Shown one piece after another: positions 17,835 to 25,459 of a stretch of 64,000 nt of DNA. Origin of the DNA: a virus; IMG/VR virus record IMGVR_UViG_3300023270_000001, positions 4,140 through 68,139 of that record. One strand, written 5' to 3'. The number at the start of each line of letters is the position of its first letter. Position 1 is the first letter of the stretch. The notes beneath the pieces were generated by a model that made no database searches, was not told where the DNA came from, and saw nothing but the letters and a program-made list of their open reading frames with translations. The translations under genes were made by a program, and so were the position numbers.

Positions 17835-18092
17835 CTACCAGAGAACGACGTTGCCGTCGCCGGGATGGACGGCGAACCCATCATGCATCCCGTGGTGCTC
17901 GATGTTCATCAGGCAGGGGTACCGGACACCGTCCAGCGTGATGCTCTGCTTGCAGCGATGTGTGGGACGAATCTCCGGTACGTGACCGGACTGATATACG
18001 GTTTTTTGGGAGCGGAGGGCGCTGAGCGTCATGGAATCCTTTCTGGGGCAGGAGAACAGGCAAAGGTCAGAACAGGAGGCAGAAGGCGTCAC
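17835..18092 (-). CDS. Hypothetical protein
   Basis: Protein-like composition in the small-gene array. Confidence 0.45.
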   Translation of the reverse strand: MTPSASCSDLCLFSCPRKDSMTLSALRSQKTVYQSGHVPEIRPTHRCKQSITLDGVRYPCLMNIEHHGMHDGFAVHPGDGNVVLW

Positions 18093-18429
18093 GCTCGGTT
18101 AGGCGCAGGATCAGCGCCTCGAGCTCGTCGATGTGGTCGACGCTTCCGCTCATGGCATCGTGCGCCGCAACGAACCCAAGCGTGACGCGAAGAACCGTCA
18201 TGACAGCGTCCTGCACCGCCCACGGCGGCAGCGCTGGACGCTGAGACTCCATGACCGGAATTCCGGTAATAGAGTGGTGGCCGTGGTCGGTCTGGTCCCC
18301 GAAGTCGTCGAGCGATGATGGAATGTGACGCGGCGCTGGCGCCGGGATCTCGGTGGTAGCCCGGAGAGATGGGACAACAACGACGCGCGAGGCGGGGCGA
18401 ACCGCATAGGAGCGGGTGTGGCGACTCAT
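18067..18429 (-). CDS. Hypothetical protein
   Basis: ATGA overlap with upstream gene. Confidence 0.45.
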   Translation of the reverse strand: MSRHTRSYAVRPASRVVVVPSLRATTEIPAPAPRHIPSSLDDFGDQTDHGHHSITGIPVMESQRPALPPWAVQDAVMTVLRVTLGFVAAHDAMSGSVDHIDELEALILRLTERDAFCLLF

Positions 18430-18920
18430 AGGGCATACTCCCGGGAAAGGGTACGTCCGGCCCAGGGGACCGAGACGAGGGCGGATGCTTCAGCGGCGTA
18501 CTGCAGGCATGCCGTGCAGTACCCCCGGTGAAGCCGTGGTTGAATCGTGGCGTAAACACGCGCACGGATCAACCATTCATTGAGGTTCATGCTCGCGACT
18601 GCGATCTCCACCGCGGCGAGAGATGCCAACTCCGTGTTCGTAAGCTCAGACGTCACCAGCGTTGACCACCGAACCGGCAAACGTTGGCCGGCCGGTGCGC
18701 AGGTCCACATGCCGGTGGCCGCGTTCACGGGGTGACGGATGACGGTGGGTGACATCTGGCGCCTAGGACGCAGGACAGAGAGCGGAGCGAACAGCGCATT
18801 ACGGGCGAGCGAGGTGAGGTCGACCTCGCGAAGTTGGCCGGAGGCATACAGCAACTGCTGGTCTGTGCTGCCGAGACGCACCGCCTCCAACTCTTGCCAC
18901 TGGCAAATGTCGGCTGTCAT
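18426..18920 (-). CDS. Hypothetical protein
   Basis: Start placed at ATG 18920, giving an overlap with the upstream stop; C-terminal CxxC. Confidence 0.5.
   Translation of the reverse strand: MTADICQWQELEAVRLGSTDQQLLYASGQLREVDLTSLARNALFAPLSVLRPRRQMSPTVIRHPVNAATGMWTCAPAGQRLPVRWSTLVTSELTNTELASLAAVEIAVASMNLNEWLIRARVYATIQPRLHRGYCTACLQYAAEASALVSVPWAGRTLSREYAL
18894..18906. repeat. Palindrome TTGCCACTGGCAA, copy 4 (coding)
   Basis: Exact match. Confidence 0.9.
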
Positions 18921-19150
18921 GGTGCGGTTGACTCCAGTTCCCTGAGCTCGAACCAGAATTTCGTCGCCGGTGTCTGGTGTGACCACCATGTAGGCGCCGG
19001 ACTGTCGAACTTAACCAGGACAGCGTCTGGTCCGGTGGAGTTGCCGATGCGCTCCACTGTTCCGACCATGCCGGAGAGCGCTTCTGCCGCGCCAACCGCG
19101 TAGGTCTGCGGATCCAGCGTGCTCACCTTGACGCGATCGCCGACCTTCAC
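18917..19150 (-). CDS. KOW/SH3-like small protein
   Basis: VKVGDRVKV...GMVGTVERI...VLVKF pattern; GTGA overlap. Confidence 0.55.
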   Translation of the reverse strand: MKVGDRVKVSTLDPQTYAVGAAEALSGMVGTVERIGNSTGPDAVLVKFDSPAPTWWSHQTPATKFWFELRELESTAP

Positions 19151-19422
19151 GACTTCCCTTTGGAGAGTTGCTCCAGCACGAACACGCGAGCGCCATCCGG
19201 CAGCGTGCCACCAACGAGTTTGCTGTGACGCGGGTGCACCCCAAGCCACCCGCGATCCAGTGCAAACGTCGTTGCGGCGCGCTCGAAGTTGGCATCTTGG
19301 TCGGCGGCGTCGTCCCATGGGAGGCGGACCCCGCGGGGATGGCACTGCGTTTTGACGCGGATGTAGGCGTCACGCACATTGGTCGGCGGGATAAACTCAC
19401 AAACGATGGCTTGGCGCGGCAT
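19147..19422 (-). CDS. Hypothetical protein
   Basis: AAGGAG RBS downstream of repeat element C. Confidence 0.6.
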   Translation of the reverse strand: MPRQAIVCEFIPPTNVRDAYIRVKTQCHPRGVRLPWDDAADQDANFERAATTFALDRGWLGVHPRHSKLVGGTLPDGARVFVLEQLSKGKS

Positions 19423-19430
19423 GGCAAGTG

Positions 19431-19532
19431 GCTCCTTGCCCTCCAGGAGGGCGGTGCGGTTGTTGTCGCTCTCGGTGGCAGTATCGGCTCACCAGGATGG
19501 GTCGACCATCCGTGGTGAACCTGTACCCCCTA
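19431..19532 (-). repeat. Repeated intergenic hairpin element, copy C
   Basis: CTCGGTGGCAGTATCGGCTC-hairpin-CTGTACCCCCTA plus GCCCTCC-A-GGAGGGC palindrome. Confidence 0.75.
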
Positions 19533-19703
19533 CCGACCGGCGGCAGCGAGAATGCGTTGCTCGGCGATCCACGCACCGGCGCGCGGCCCGGTCTGGTACG
19601 GCTGTGCGGCAACCTTGCGGGACTGCGCGCAGTTGTACGCCGAGAGTTGCTCGGGATGCGGGGCGGCGAACTTGACAGAGTGCGGCATGAATCGATCGGA
19701 CAT
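19530..19703 (-). CDS. 57-aa hypothetical protein missing from the ORF track
   Basis: GGAGA RBS, ATG at 19703, stop TAG forms the edge of element C. Confidence 0.5.
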   Translation of the reverse strand: MSDRFMPHSVKFAAPHPEQLSAYNCAQSRKVAAQPYQTGPRAGAWIAEQRILAAAGR

Positions 19704-19789
19704 GGTCTATCTCCTGTGTGTGACGGTATGGACTGCTACAGCATCGCACCACCGAGCGACTCGGTGGAACTGTGCCATGTCAGGTTACG

Positions 19790-20485
19790 TCAGTCCGGCG
19801 GCCCGGAGCGCGGCGTGGTCGGCTGGCCCCAGTCGTCAAACTCTGGCACAGCGTCAGACAGCGGCACGCGGATCCGGGCGGTAGGCGCTTCCGTCGGGTC
19901 GACGCAGTGCGTGGGAAATGCGCTGTCTGGCATCTCCATGCGGACGGTAACGTCGGGATGCTCCTCGCATGCCTCGCCTTGCGCGGCTACCTCGGCTGCG
20001 AGCGCCGCGATCTCGCCCTGGGGCAGACCGGTGACGTTGAACCTCGCAACCAACTCCGCCTTCGGTGGGAGGATGGCTCTGCCTCGCGCAATGCGGGATT
20101 CTCTCAGCGCGATGCGAGCTTCCCGCGCGGCCACGTGAGAACGGAGATCGGCGATGTCGCACTCGACCTTGTGTCTCACCGCCGCGACAGCATCGGCCAG
20201 CGTTTCCGCACTGAGCCGGATGACCCGCTGCCGACCGACTGGACAGTGATCTCCCCAACCTTGGGTGATGAGAATTCCCGCAACATGCGTGTTGCATCCT
20301 AGGAGATCATCGTGAATCCATCCTGTAACATCGGTCGGCAGGATCACCGTCGCGGCGACGCGAACGTAGTCGATCTCTGCCTCCCAGTCGGCGCCGACTG
20401 GCATCGGCAGCGGCGCTTCCTCGTCGACGACGAGAATAGCGGTGTGTCCAAGCCCAAGCTTGTACGTGTTGCGGTAGATCGTCAT
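19790..20485 (-). CDS. Hypothetical protein
   Basis: GGGAG RBS with TGAGATG start. Confidence 0.55.
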   Translation of the reverse strand: MTIYRNTYKLGLGHTAILVVDEEAPLPMPVGADWEAEIDYVRVAATVILPTDVTGWIHDDLLGCNTHVAGILITQGWGDHCPVGRQRVIRLSAETLADAVAAVRHKVECDIADLRSHVAAREARIALRESRIARGRAILPPKAELVARFNVTGLPQGEIAALAAEVAAQGEACEEHPDVTVRMEMPDSAFPTHCVDPTEAPTARIRVPLSDAVPEFDDWGQPTTPRSGPPD

Positions 20486-20564
20486 CTCAAGTCTCCCCTT
20501 GGTCGTGGCGTCAGTCAGCGCACCGAGACAAGCCCCGGTGCCACCGGTGGGCGCCATGCCCCTG

Positions 20565-20804
20565 CTACTCGTCGTCGAAGTCTGCTTCGAGGCACCACGC
20601 CTCGACCGTTTCCGTCGAGAGAGTCAGACGCTCGCCGATGCTTTGGGCGTTCTGCAGCATAGACCGGATAGCCGTGAGCGGCTGGCATCCGGTTTCCTCT
20701 GAGATTGCACACGCGACCGCGTGAAGCCGTGCGTCAACGTCGGCATCGTGCTCCGACTGGAGATCGGCTAGCGCGCCTTCGAGCGACTGCTCAGTCATCG
20801 TCAC
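20565..20804 (-). CDS. Hypothetical protein
   Basis: Overlap with upstream stop. Confidence 0.55.
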   Translation of the reverse strand: MTMTEQSLEGALADLQSEHDADVDARLHAVACAISEETGCQPLTAIRSMLQNAQSIGERLTLSTETVEAWCLEADFDDE

Positions 20805-20971
20805 TTCGCCTCCGAGAATGGGATCACCGTGCCACCTACCGAGTCGGCAAGCCTACGTGCTGCAGCAAGCTCGCACTCACGGAACGTCGCAGCGAGATTC
20901 CGGTTATTGGTAGTGGTTGACGTGGGCGAACCAACGTAGCCGGTTTGGATCCTGATGACGTAGCACGTCAT
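20801..20971 (-). CDS. Hypothetical protein, weakly similar to 22897-23085
   Basis: ARRLADSVGGT versus ARARADAIGGT. Confidence 0.5.
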   Translation of the reverse strand: MTCYVIRIQTGYVGSPTSTTTNNRNLAATFRECELAAARRLADSVGGTVIPFSEAK

Positions 20972-21267
20972 CGCTCGATGGCTCCGTCGCGCGCGACCTT
21001 GAGCAGCGCATTCCTGAAATCGCCTAGGTCCGGCGCGACGGCGTAGTCGCCGTTGTCGAATTTCCACTGCACAATCTTGGCCTTCGGCATCGGCCAGTCT
21101 TCCTCACCCTGGACAGTGACCCGAGCAAAGCGCCAACCACAGAGGAGCGCTTCGGTCATCTCGACGATCGCACAGCGACGATCTGTGATCACGAAGTACT
21201 GGCGCCAGCGTGCTGCCCCCATGGTCCCCTCGGCAACGAGAATGGCCGGGTCTTGCTCGGTCGACAT
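20968..21267 (-). CDS. Hypothetical protein
   Basis: Overlaps on both sides. Confidence 0.55.
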   Translation of the reverse strand: MSTEQDPAILVAEGTMGAARWRQYFVITDRRCAIVEMTEALLCGWRFARVTVQGEEDWPMPKAKIVQWKFDNGDYAVAPDLGDFRNALLKVARDGAIER

Positions 21268-21527
21268 TAGGTCACCTCGACAGCTGCGGAAATGTCGTAG
21301 CGCTCGTCATCGGTGAGCGACGGGACAATCCAGTGAATGGACTCGCCAGTCCAGCGGTTGTAGCCAGCCACGATGGCAAAGTCACGCACGTTGCACACGT
21401 TGCGCTTGTACGCGAGTACGACCCACGGCTTAACAGCGTCCTGGGTGTGCTGCTCACGTGCCAACTTGCTCAACCATCCGGCGCCGAACTCACGTGTCCG
21501 TGCTTCGTGGTATTCGTTCGATGTCAT
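21267..21527 (-). CDS. Hypothetical protein
   Basis: Start placed at ATG 21527 after AGGA. Confidence 0.5.
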   Translation of the reverse strand: MTSNEYHEARTREFGAGWLSKLAREQHTQDAVKPWVVLAYKRNVCNVRDFAIVAGYNRWTGESIHWIVPSLTDDERYDISAAVEVT

Positions 21528-21691
21528 GAGTGGTGTCCTGTGGGTTGTTCGGTTTGAACTGTAGTAACAGACTGCTAGGTCTAACTCGGGGGTCCGACGC
21601 CCCATGTCGGACGGCAGAATTGGGAGGGTGGGTTCATGTGCCTTGCGACTTCTCATGCTCTCTGGTTCGGCCAGAGAGCGTCGCCGTAGAG

Positions 21692-21958
21692 TTACCTGTG
21701 GGGTAGCTCAACAAACCCGACGCATGCGCAAAGCACCGTCAGAAGAACCAGGGTGGCCACGGTAGACCAGTGCGAGAACCTCGGAGGGTCCACGCGAGAG
21801 TCGTAGACGGCCGGCCCTACATCCACGCTGGGGCGAGGCAGGGTAAGGCGACGAAGGTTCGGGCGGTGCGAGTTGGTGATCCGGTGCCTCCGAACCCCCA
21901 CGGTGGGCAGCACGCGCACTTCCTCGACGAGTTGCAGGATGACTGCGGGGCGCATCAC
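21692..21958 (-). CDS. Small protein with C-terminal TM segment
   Basis: GTGA overlap; hydrophobic tail. Confidence 0.45.
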   Translation of the reverse strand: MMRPAVILQLVEEVRVLPTVGVRRHRITNSHRPNLRRLTLPRPSVDVGPAVYDSRVDPPRFSHWSTVATLVLLTVLCACVGFVELPHR

Positions 21959-22224
21959 GCACCTCCGAGAATTACGTAGCGATGACGCGACCCACCTAAG
22001 CCAGATCCGCAGCAGTCGCACTTACACCGAGAATGCTCCCACACGCCAGCGCCCGACTCGCTGTCGTGGTCCGGGGCGAGGTGGCCGATCTCGCCGAGCC
22101 TCGTGAGGCCATCTTCTACGGCTTTGGCCTGGTTCTGGTCAACGATCGTCGAGTCAACCCCGGCTGCAGCAAGGTGGCAGTCCTCGCAGAGACGCAGGTC
22201 GTCTCGCAGGATTTTCTGGCTCAT
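21955..22224 (-). CDS. Small Zn-binding-like protein
   Basis: CEDC and CDCC motifs. Confidence 0.55.
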   Translation of the reverse strand: MSQKILRDDLRLCEDCHLAAAGVDSTIVDQNQAKAVEDGLTRLGEIGHLAPDHDSESGAGVWEHSRCKCDCCGSGLGGSRHRYVILGGA

Positions 22225-22436
22225 CGAACAGCCTGCAGGTTGCCGACGTTGATGTGACGCTGTCCGTAGTCGCTAGACTCGTCGGTGGCTACGAAGTCTC
22301 CAGTGCTGCACAGGCTGCAGTCGCACGTCTGGACTACCCACCGGTCAAGCCCAGCACTGCCAGTGTACGACCCGGTGTTTTGAAGGAATTTCTTAGTAAA
22401 ACTAACCCTCGTTCCCGGTGCGAATTTCTTGCTCAT
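22221..22436 (-). CDS. Hypothetical protein
   Basis: AAGGAG RBS downstream of element A. Confidence 0.55.
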   Translation of the reverse strand: MSKKFAPGTRVSFTKKFLQNTGSYTGSAGLDRWVVQTCDCSLCSTGDFVATDESSDYGQRHINVGNLQAVR

Positions 22437-22443
22437 CTCATAA

Positions 22444-22534
22444 CTCCTTCCCCCAGGGGGCGGTGTTTTGGCTCGGTAGCAGTATCGGCTCGTCAGAGTG
22501 GGTCGGCCGACCCTGACGAATCTGTACCCCCCTA
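22444..22534 (-). repeat. Repeated intergenic hairpin element, copy A
   Basis: CTCGGTAGCAGTATCGGCTCGTCAG...CTGACGAATCTGTACCCCCCTA. Confidence 0.8.
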
Positions 22535-22900
22535 CAGAGTCGGAAATCCGGTGTCCGTGACGCGTTGTAGGGTGGAGGACAGTTGCCGCTGTCCAGTCAC
22601 GCCTAGGCCGGCCTGATCCGCGCACAGGACTGCGAGAATCGCCCACTCTCTGGCGCTCAAGTCGGTGATGGATTCTACGATCTGCTCGACCTTGAGCAGC
22701 GTTGCGGCGCCGCTCTCGCTCTGCGCGTCGACGAGGCACTCCATGGGGTTCGGGGCGCGTTGCGCAGGCTGCACAGCGTCGGTCTTGCGCTTCGCGTCGC
22801 ACACCTTACACGTGTGCGCGCATGTCGTGAGGACGTTTTTGCAGAGAAACTCGCATGTCGGGTCGTGCAGCCCGCTTGGTGGAATGAACCCGTTGCTCAT
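22532..22900 (-). CDS. Hypothetical Cys-rich protein
   Basis: CEFLC...CAHTCKVC; stop TAG abuts element A. Confidence 0.55.
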   Translation of the reverse strand: MSNGFIPPSGLHDPTCEFLCKNVLTTCAHTCKVCDAKRKTDAVQPAQRAPNPMECLVDAQSESGAATLLKVEQIVESITDLSAREWAILAVLCADQAGLGVTGQRQLSSTLQRVTDTGFPTL

Positions 22901-23085
22901 GGTGTGCCTTTCTCGTACGTTCCGCCGATCGCGTCCGCCCTGGCACGCGCCTCCCCCTCGGATGCGTAGCGACCGAAGAATCGGCCGTCCAGTTTGACCG
23001 TCCATGGCCGTGCAGCAAGCGCCGCCCGAGTCTTGAGCGTGGTGCTGAGTAGTTGCGCGGCGTACCGTGCCTGCTTTGCGTTCAC
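22897..23085 (-). CDS. Hypothetical protein
   Basis: Overlaps on both sides. Confidence 0.55.
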   Translation of the reverse strand: MNAKQARYAAQLLSTTLKTRAALAARPWTVKLDGRFFGRYASEGEARARADAIGGTYEKGTP

Positions 23086-23339
23086 GGCGCACCGTGAGTG
23101 TGGTCGTGGCCATCGCCCATTGCGTCGCTCTCAACGCCCCTGCAGAGAACATCACGCACCGGTGGCCAGTGGCAGATGCACACGCCGATCTCGCCGCTGT
23201 CGTCAGGGCACTCCACCGTGGTGCAGTGCGTCACCTTGCACAGCGGAAGCGGGAACGGTATGGGTTCCGGCGCCGGTGCGGGTTCCGGAGCCTCTACTAC
23301 GCACGACGACAGGAGAACGCCTAGGAGGATGGCGCGCAT
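23082..23339 (-). CDS. Cys-rich lipoprotein, paralog of 12813-13235
   Basis: LLSSC lipobox-like; HCTTVEC...CICHWPP. Confidence 0.6.
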   Translation of the reverse strand: MRAILLGVLLSSCVVEAPEPAPAPEPIPFPLPLCKVTHCTTVECPDDSGEIGVCICHWPPVRDVLCRGVESDAMGDGHDHTHGAP

Positions 23340-23639
23340 CTACCTCGCCTCCAGTTTGACATGCGGTCCATGGGCGGCGTCGCGCTCTGAGCCACATCCG
23401 AGACAGGCGTATGGCATCGGGTAACTGAACCCCTCGCGGCTACACGTCTTGCACTTCCATGATGTGGGCTTCACGCCATCGGCGTGAGCACGGATGTCGT
23501 CAGGAAGCCGGCCAGCGTCAACCCATCCGCTCTCTTCGGTCCAAGTGGCGACTGGCGCGCCGGTGACGGCACTGATGACGACGCAACGGCGCGCCGTCCA
23601 GGTAACTCGGTAGATACGGTGAGTTGTGACGGACTTCAT
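23340..23639 (-). CDS. Hypothetical protein with C-terminal Zn ribbon
   Basis: CKTC...CLGC; AAGGAG RBS. Confidence 0.6.
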   Translation of the reverse strand: MKSVTTHRIYRVTWTARRCVVISAVTGAPVATWTEESGWVDAGRLPDDIRAHADGVKPTSWKCKTCSREGFSYPMPYACLGCGSERDAAHGPHVKLEAR

Positions 23640-23645
23640 CTCAGA

Positions 23646-23737
23646 CTCCTTCCCGCCCCCAAGGGGCGGCGTTTGGCTCGGTAGCAGTATCGACTCGTCA
23701 GGGTTGGTCGGCCGACCCTGACGAGTCTGTACCCCTA
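23646..23737 (-). repeat. Repeated intergenic hairpin element, copy B
   Basis: CTCGGTAGCAGTATCGACTCGTCAGGG...CCCTGACGAGTCTGTACCCCTA. Confidence 0.8.
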
Positions 23738-23992
23738 CAGAGGAGAAATTTCAGGGTCGTAGCTACCGAGAAAAAGGCGACCGTGCTTTGTCAGCACGTA
23801 GGCGGAGCCTGAATTGCTGTAGCAAATCACGTAGACACGATGCCATCTCGCGCCATCCAACTGTAGCATCCAAGTAGTCGGGATTTTACTGCCGTACCCT
23901 GTGCGACTGCGGTTCCGGGGCGCCTCGGTCTGGCGCCGCGCAGAGACGCGCGTTGGGTCGAGGTACGAAACCGGAGTGCGCTCGCTGTCCAT
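23735..23992 (-). CDS. Hypothetical protein, first gene of the leftward array
   Basis: AAGGAGTCTGAGATG start; stop TAG abuts element B. Confidence 0.65.
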   Translation of the reverse strand: MDSERTPVSYLDPTRVSARRQTEAPRNRSRTGYGSKIPTTWMLQLDGARWHRVYVICYSNSGSAYVLTKHGRLFLGSYDPEISPL

Positions 23993-24340
23993 CTCAGACT
24001 CCTTCCCCTCCAGGAGGGGGTGTCAGGGCCAGGCGACAACCGCCCGACTCCCAGAAGTAATGCGAACGCCTTGCCACTGGCAAGATCGACGGGTCGACTG
24101 GGGTTGACGCGCCGCGCGGCCACTCCGGAGTGGTGAACTGTCGACTTTTGGTCACACCAGACCGGGCGGATTTCACCACTCAGAGGGTTTCCTAGGCGGT
24201 TTTCAGGGCTTGGGTGAGGCGTCCCTACGCTCCGGAGTGGGGTAGGAGATCTCCCTGGGGTACCCGGTACCCAGATCTGGGGCTAGGAAAACCCACGAAA
24301 AACCCACAACCGCCCCACGAAAACCCCGCGTGAGATGGGC
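23993..24340. promoter_or_regulatory. Divergent control region rich in palindromes
   Basis: Strand switch point; CCCCTCC-A-GGAGGGG, palindrome copy 5, CACTCCGGAGTG, GGGTTTCCTAG/CTAGGAAAACCC, repeated CCCACGAAAA. Confidence 0.55.
24071..24083. repeat. Palindrome TTGCCACTGGCAA, copy 5 (divergent intergenic region)
   Basis: Exact match. Confidence 0.9.
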
Positions 24341-24350
24341 ATGATGCGGC

Positions 24351-25043
24351 ATGCGCACAATTACCGCCCCTACGGACCCATCCCACGGGGTCGACCTCGA
24401 GTCGCCGACGTCGCTCTCGCCCCAGCGTCCGCCCCCGGACCCTCGCCCGAGCCTGTGCGAGGCCGGACCCTGCCGCCACTACCACCGGTTCGCGATCCAA
24501 CTCGACGCAGAACCGCCAAAAGTGAGGCGCCTACCTGTGGTGGTTCCGGGGGTTGCAGGGGACACCTACCAGCCCCCAGCGCCGTTCCACACCGAGACGC
24601 ACCGCTACTGCTACCCGGACACTGGCATCGAGATGCCGCTGGGGGTGATGCCGGTGACGGAGTGCAACCGGTGGGAACCGGTGGCGCCGGACGAGGGGCG
24701 CAGGAAGCGCGAGCGCGCCTACTGGCAGTCGCGCGATGGGAATATCCACGCGTGCAACGTAGCGGATTGGGATGAGCGGCAGCGCGAAGCGCAGCGTGAA
24801 GGAGAGGAAGCAGAGCGGCTGATTCTCGACGCACAGGTCGAGGCGGAATTGGGCCTCTGCACGTTCGCATACGCGCCCGCTGCCGGTGGAGTCGAGGCCA
24901 CGTGTCTCGAATTCCCCCAGTACAGCCGAATCGCCGAGACATCCGAAGCCGCGCTCGAGCTCGTCTATGGGCACGTCCGCGGCCGGATACGTCACCTGAT
25001 CCTAAACAACCAACCGCTACCCGAGCACCAAGGAGACAGATGA
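24351..25043 (+). CDS. Hypothetical protein
   Basis: First gene of the rightward operon; Cys/His motifs; stop overlaps next start. Confidence 0.55.
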   Translation: MRTITAPTDPSHGVDLESPTSLSPQRPPPDPRPSLCEAGPCRHYHRFAIQLDAEPPKVRRLPVVVPGVAGDTYQPPAPFHTETHRYCYPDTGIEMPLGVMPVTECNRWEPVAPDEGRRKRERAYWQSRDGNIHACNVADWDERQREAQREGEEAERLILDAQVEAELGLCTFAYAPAAGGVEATCLEFPQYSRIAETSEAALELVYGHVRGRIRHLILNNQPLPEHQGDR

Positions 25044-25459
25044 GCACCGTGCAACTGAAGAGTGATCTGAAAGAGATCGTCGGCAAGGCCAAGAGCTTCG
25101 CCGGAAAGCTGACCACGGCAAACGACGTCGTGTCGTTCGTCGCGAGCGATCTGCTGCCGTGGCTCGAGTCGCTCGTCGAGGAGTTCGGCGAGGTGGATGA
25201 AGCCGTAGCCGACCTCATGGATGGCGCGCCGGACACGCTCCACGAGGACACAGCTGACACGTTCGCGAGCATCATCACCACTGGCCTCGTGCTGGCGACC
25301 GAGCTCGAGAAGCGCGCCGCTGGCGAACCCAAGGTGCTCGAGGCGATCTCAAAATTCCGCGAGTTGTGCGAGGACGGCAGCAGCGTGCTCGGCGAGATCA
25401 CCGTTCCCGACGATGATGATGCAGACGAGGAACCCGAGGACGAGAAGGAGTCGAAGTGA
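25040..25459 (+). CDS. Acidic helical hypothetical protein
   Basis: AAGGAG RBS, ATGA overlap. Confidence 0.65.
   Translation: MSTVQLKSDLKEIVGKAKSFAGKLTTANDVVSFVASDLLPWLESLVEEFGEVDEAVADLMDGAPDTLHEDTADTFASIITTGLVLATELEKRAAGEPKVLEAISKFRELCEDGSSVLGEITVPDDDDADEEPEDEKESK

Noticed and set aside
19700-19780. Fourth copy of the hairpin element (GGTATGGACT...CACCGAG/CTCGGTG...CTGTGCC)
   Set aside because: Only weak resemblance and no abutting TAG; cannot be supported by eye
19431-23737. Repeated elements considered as a CRISPR array or classical integron attC sites
   Set aside because: Separated by whole genes rather than spacers, no cas genes, and no GTT/AAC core sites
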